DNA of 61,204 nt from the NCBI GenBank assembly GCA_016282315.1, contig JAEEKG010000031.1:1-61204 (forward strand), written 5' to 3'. The first letter of the stretch is position 1, and each line of letters opens with the position of its first letter. The position numbers were made by a program, and so were the translations under genes. Below the pieces are notes generated by a model. The model was not told where the DNA came from. It saw nothing but the letters and a program-made list of their open reading frames with translations, and did no database searches. Origin of the DNA: Clostridiales bacterium. Its GTDB lineage: Bacteria > Bacillota > Clostridia > Oscillospirales > CAG-272. Of this stretch, positions 57,643 through 61,204 are shown one piece after another.

Positions 57643-58899
57643 ATGTTAATAAAACGAGATGAATATTTAAATAAGCTAATATCAAAAAAATGGAATGGAA
57701 TGATTAAAGTTATTACGGGCATTAGAAGATGCGGTAAATCATATCTATTATTTGAATTGTTCAAAAAACATTTAATCGATAACGGAGTAGAAGATAATCA
57801 AATTATAGAAATTTCACTTGATTCAGTTGAATTTGAAGATTTACAAGACAAAAGAAAACTAAATGACTACATCAAATCAAAAATAAGAAATGATAAAAAT
57901 TATTATATTCTCTTAGATGAGATACAATTGGTTGATGGATTTGAGTTATTGCTTAATGGACTTTTAAAGCATGAAAATATAGATGTTTATGTTACTGGTT
58001 CTAATTCAAAATTTTTGTCAAGTGATATAATTACTGAATTTAGAGGAAGAGGAGATGAGGTTAGAGTTCACCCTCTTTCATTTAAAGAGTTTTATGATTC
58101 ATATAAAGGCGATAAGCATAATGCTTACTCTGAATATTCCATTTATGGTGGAATGCCTGCTTTAGTAGCAATGGATTCACATGAAGCAAAAAGTTCATAT
58201 TTATCTAATCTGGTCGAAAATGTATATTTGACCGATATAATTGATAGAAACGATTTAAAAAAAGATAAGGATGTATTAGGTGAATTATTAGATATTATTT
58301 CATCTGCGATTGGATCACTTACCAATCCAACCAAACTTGTTAATGTTTATGAGTCAGTTAAACATATTAAAATTAACAGGATGACTATATCACATTATTT
58401 AGATTGTTTTATGGACGCATTCCTAATAAGCAAGGTTCAAAGATACGATATAAAAGGTAAGGCGTATATTGATTCTCCATATAAATATTATTTTGAAGAT
58501 ATTGGATTAAGAAACGCCAGAATTAATTATAGACAAAATGAGCCAACTCATACTATGGAAAACATTATTTATAATGAACTTATTATTCGAGGATATTCTG
58601 TTGATGTTGGTATAGTAGAAGTTAATTATAAAGATGAATACAAAAAGAGTCAAAGAAAACAATATGAAGTTGATTTTGTATGTAATAAAGGAAATGCAAA
58701 GTATTATATTCAATCTGCATACGCTTTGGAAAATCAAGATAAAATTAATCAAGAAACTCGTGGCTTAAATAAAATAATGGATTCATTTAAGAAAATAGTG
58801 GTTGTTAAGGATTGTTATGTTCCATGGTACGATGAAAAAGGTGTTTTGTATATTGGACTCGAGGATTTCTTGCTTAATCCTAGTAGTATGGATATTTAA
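57643..58899 (+). CDS. AAA-family ATPase (AAA_14 plus DUF4143 type)
   Basis: Walker A GIRRCGKSYL, Walker B ILLDEIQ, and the characteristic C-terminal DUF4143-like region. The gene is visibly AT-richer than its surroundings. Confidence 0.75.
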   Translation: MLIKRDEYLNKLISKKWNGMIKVITGIRRCGKSYLLFELFKKHLIDNGVEDNQIIEISLDSVEFEDLQDKRKLNDYIKSKIRNDKNYYILLDEIQLVDGFELLLNGLLKHENIDVYVTGSNSKFLSSDIITEFRGRGDEVRVHPLSFKEFYDSYKGDKHNAYSEYSIYGGMPALVAMDSHEAKSSYLSNLVENVYLTDIIDRNDLKKDKDVLGELLDIISSAIGSLTNPTKLVNVYESVKHIKINRMTISHYLDCFMDAFLISKVQRYDIKGKAYIDSPYKYYFEDIGLRNARINYRQNEPTHTMENIIYNELIIRGYSVDVGIVEVNYKDEYKKSQRKQYEVDFVCNKGNAKYYIQSAYALENQDKINQETRGLNKIMDSFKKIVVVKDCYVPWYDEKGVLYIGLEDFLLNPSSMDI

Positions 58900-58934
58900 A
58901 TTATCCAAATTATAGTTATTGTCACAATTGATAG

Positions 58935-59040
58935 TATGATGTAATTGTTCATAAAGTAAAATATGATAGAAAAGAAATAATATCTGTTTCCTTTAAGGGA
59001 TCCAATAAGCCATATGCTTATAAGGGAGCATTTTACATTC
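58935..59040 (+). pseudogene. Remnant of an AlbA_2 (Schlafen-like) domain gene
   Basis: A frame without a start encodes ...DVIVHKVKYDRKEIISVSFKGSNKPYAYKGAFYIRV..., resembling the end of AlbA_2 DNA-binding domains. A stop lies immediately upstream. Confidence 0.3.
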
Positions 59041-59060
59041 GCGTCAAAGTAATAACGAAT

Positions 59061-59123
59061 GTGATATGTTATGTGTACGAACTATTATCTGATATATTAT
59101 CGCACATCAATGTGCAATCCACA
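59061..59123 (+). repeat. 63-nt segment A, homologous to segment B (60893-60955)
   Basis: My ungapped hand alignment gives about 47 of 63 identities. The core is ATATTATCGCACATCAATGTGCAAT versus ATATTCTCGCACGTCAATATGCAAT. Segment A contains the hairpin GCACAT-CA-ATGTGC. Confidence 0.7.
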
Positions 59124-59143
59124 GAAAGGAAAAGACAAATTTC

Positions 59144-60541
59144 GTGTATTACAGACTAAATAAAGACATCGCCCTAAGAAAATGGAGATATGTCGATCGG
59201 GCAATATATGTAAAGGGAGTGGATCATGCGCTTGGGGTTAGCGAAGAAGAATTCAAAACACTGCTTTTGTGCGATGGAAGTACAAATATAGATAAGAGCA
59301 GTGTCACAGAAGACTTGATTGCAAAAGGATACATTTCCGAGTGCAAAAAGGGTGATAACGTGTACGACTGGTCAAAACTGAAAGTTTATGACAACATGTA
59401 CTTTCCCAGAATGAATCTAATGATTACCGGAAAATGCAACCTTAACTGTTTACACTGTTTCAACGCAAAAGACAATGCTCCATTGAATAGCGAACTGAAA
59501 TATGAAGAGATAGTTAGATTACTGGATGAAGCTAAAAACATAGGTGTTCATGCTTTCACAATAACAGGAGGAGAACCGCTTGTTCACCCGAGATTTTTAG
59601 ACATAATAAAAAGCATATACAAGAGGGATATGTATGTATTCGAACTGAATACAAACGGAGTCCTGATAACCCCAAAGATACTCGAAGAATTCAAAAAAAT
59701 CGGATGCTTTCCTCTCATAAAAATCTCATTTGACGGAATTGGCTACCACAATTGGATGAGGCAGAATCCAAAAGCCGAGGAAAAAACGATTAGTGCTATC
59801 AAGCTCTGTGTTGAAAATGGTTTCAGGGTCAAAGCACAGACACAAGTGAACAAGAAAAATATAAGTGTTATGCTTGACACTGCAAAGTTTTTGAATGAAC
59901 TTGGCGTTGACGAAATGCGTATAATAAGAACAACAGAGGCACCAAGGTGGGAAGAGAATTGTCCGGACTCAACAATCCCGATTGAAGAATACTACGAAAA
60001 AATGTTGGATTTTGCCAAGGAATACAAAGATTCAGGCATGAAAATGACTATAGACATCTGGCAGTTAATGACACTATTTCCCAGAGACAAATCATACTCA
60101 TTGAAAACTATAAAGACAAACAAGAAAGAATTTAATATCAGAATTCCGATGTGCAAGGGAAACAGGGGAATGATTGCAGTAAGCAGCAGCGGAGAAGTTG
60201 TGCCGTGTCTTCAGATGTCAGGATACCTTATGGAAAAGGGGATCAGTCTATCTAATGTAAAGGAAAAGTCTCTTAGAGAAATTATAACCAAAAGTGACTA
60301 CTGCGACATAGCAACTGCTCCAATATTGTCACTAATTTTAAAAAATGACAAGTGCTCGAGTTGCAAATACATAAAGGCTTGCGCAGGAGGATGTCCGGCT
60401 CTCGGTTTGCTGTATTCAAATCCCGCGGGAAACATGTTTCATGAAGATATAACAAAGTGCGTTTTCTTTGAAAACGGATGGTATGACAGGGTACTTAGTG
60501 CCATGGATGACTGGAAAGTCACTAACCCATTGAATATTTAA
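59144..60541 (+). CDS. Radical SAM / SPASM-domain peptide maturase with an N-terminal RRE-like extension
   Basis: CX3CX2C is at C98/C102/C105 (CNLNCLHC), followed by GGEPL. The C-terminal auxiliary-cluster motifs are CKGNRGMIAVSSSGEVVPC and CSSCKYIKACAGGC (CX2CX5CX3C). The start is GTG, and there is no in-frame ATG before residue 85. Confidence 0.85.
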   Translation: MYYRLNKDIALRKWRYVDRAIYVKGVDHALGVSEEEFKTLLLCDGSTNIDKSSVTEDLIAKGYISECKKGDNVYDWSKLKVYDNMYFPRMNLMITGKCNLNCLHCFNAKDNAPLNSELKYEEIVRLLDEAKNIGVHAFTITGGEPLVHPRFLDIIKSIYKRDMYVFELNTNGVLITPKILEEFKKIGCFPLIKISFDGIGYHNWMRQNPKAEEKTISAIKLCVENGFRVKAQTQVNKKNISVMLDTAKFLNELGVDEMRIIRTTEAPRWEENCPDSTIPIEEYYEKMLDFAKEYKDSGMKMTIDIWQLMTLFPRDKSYSLKTIKTNKKEFNIRIPMCKGNRGMIAVSSSGEVVPCLQMSGYLMEKGISLSNVKEKSLREIITKSDYCDIATAPILSLILKNDKCSSCKYIKACAGGCPALGLLYSNPAGNMFHEDITKCVFFENGWYDRVLSAMDDWKVTNPLNI

Positions 60542-60593
60542 TAGATATTTGCTAAAATATAAATGGTTATATGGTTTTTAAGGAGAAATAGTC

Positions 60594-60806
60594 ATGACAA
60601 GAGAAGATCTGCTTAAAGGACTCACCAAAGAGCAAAAAGAAAAACTGGAAAACTGCAAAACCACAGAAGAATTGATTAATGTCGCCAAAAAAGAAGGAAT
60701 TGAACTCACAGATGAACAACTAGAAGCAGTAACCGGCGGATTTTGTGACAGCGAAGAGGATAATACCAAGAAAAAAGACGATGGTAAAAGGATTAAGGAG
60801 AAATGA
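60594..60806 (+). CDS. Nif11-like GG-leader RiPP precursor (70 aa); predicted core FCDSEEDNTKKKDDGKRIKEK
   Basis: AAGGAG lies 8 nt before the ATG. The helical leader ...LTKEQKEKLENCKTTEELINVAKKEGIELTDEQLEAVTGG ends in a double-Gly motif. The gene is 52 nt downstream of the rSAM gene. Confidence 0.7.
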   Translation: MTREDLLKGLTKEQKEKLENCKTTEELINVAKKEGIELTDEQLEAVTGGFCDSEEDNTKKKDDGKRIKEK

Positions 60807-60892
60807 AAAATTAGGATGAACGACGCCTAATCCTCGATAATTCAATTACCGAGATACAGGCGCCCCTATATATTTACAGGTAATATAAGAGT

Positions 60893-60955
60893 GCGTTATA
60901 CTATGGGTATGAAGTATAATCCAACATATTCTCGCACGTCAATATGCAATATACA
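60893..60955 (+). repeat. 63-nt segment B, homologous to segment A; possibly the left-end region of the TnpB element
   Basis: See segment A. It lies 78 nt upstream of the TnpB-like ATG. Confidence 0.7.
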
Positions 60956-61032
60956 TTGTCATATGGTATGGTTTGAAAGTATCAGGATAATATACTTCGA
61001 TACATACATAATCAATCAAAAGGAAGCTAAGT

Positions 61033-61204
61033 ATGCTACTATCCAAAGAGACGACAATAAAAGTTAATTCAACACAATCGAATATCATAAACCACTTGGG
61101 ATATGCAGCAAGTAAACTGTGGAACGTATGTAACTACGAACGTAAGCACTATGATTCAACAGCTGGACAATCATATCCTGATTGGTACAAACAAAAAGCA
61201 TCTC
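61033..61204 (+). mobile_element. tnpB: TnpB-like (IS200/IS605-family OrfB / RNA-guided nuclease) gene, 5' part only; continues beyond the window
   Basis: AAGGAAG SD. The N-terminus ...LGYAASKLWNVCNYERKHY...PDWYKQK resembles the ...A.LWN..NYER... N-termini of IS1341-group TnpB proteins. Only 57 codons are visible. Confidence 0.5.

Noticed and set aside
57331-61204. Integrated prophage or integrative element at tRNA-Leu
   Set aside because: I saw no integrase, recombinase or phage genes, and no repeat of the tRNA 3' end inside the window. Only a compositional shift and gene remnants are present, so the evidence supports at most an old or partial island.

Overview
This window looks like a chromosomal segment of a low-GC Firmicute, probably Clostridia. 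The pointers are a T-box leader, HprK, YybS-GdpP, MutS2, NrdDG with NrdR boxes, and Gram-positive SD sites and terminators. Most of it is housekeeping. From left to right: a SpoIIE-type phosphatase fragment, an SGNH hydrolase, an FAD oxidoreductase, Ppx/GppA, malQ, mntP and the recO-era-ybeY-phoH block (minus strand). Then come mutS2 directly abutting rhaB-rhaA, a tandem class II aldolase, a long-type PRPP synthetase, a PHP protein and a divergent isopropylmalate-dehydrogenase-like gene. Next is a Tyr-specifier T-box in front of a COG2984/4120/1101-type ABC importer. It is followed by a complete nine-gene shikimate/Phe/Tyr supraoperon: aminotransferase, pheA, aroB, aroC, aroE-aroK fusion, aroQ, aroA, tyrA and a DAHP synthase. 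After that come rarD-like, hprK, yybS-like, gdpP, a GH38 mannosidase with an aldose epimerase, DUF4364/DUF624, a PrsA-like foldase, nrdG, nrdD with trxB, nadE, eda-kdgK, tRNA-Arg(ACG), an RCC1-repeat protein and tRNA-Leu(CAA). The accessory material sits mostly at the right end, after tRNA-Leu. It holds a visibly AT-richer AAA ATPase (DUF4143-type) gene whose promoter is bracketed by two identical 26-nt sites, an AlbA_2-like gene remnant, and a two-gene radical SAM/SPASM plus Nif11-type GG-leader precursor cassette. I consider that cassette the best candidate for an undescribed RiPP system. It lies between two about 63-nt homologous segments, and the second segment sits just upstream of a TnpB-like ORF that runs off the window. 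Other leads are listed below.
- A secreted protein with 17 Cys in five CCC/CCCC runs.
- An NrdD with a C-terminal CPNC redoxin domain next to trxB.
- A Tyr-rich 18-codon mini-ORF plus terminator in front of the aro operon.
- A HipA-like protein with an altered catalytic motif.
- A fused active plus degenerate aldolase.
No CRISPR array, rRNA, integrase or prophage was seen. All calls come from motif recognition by eye; no database search or folding was run.
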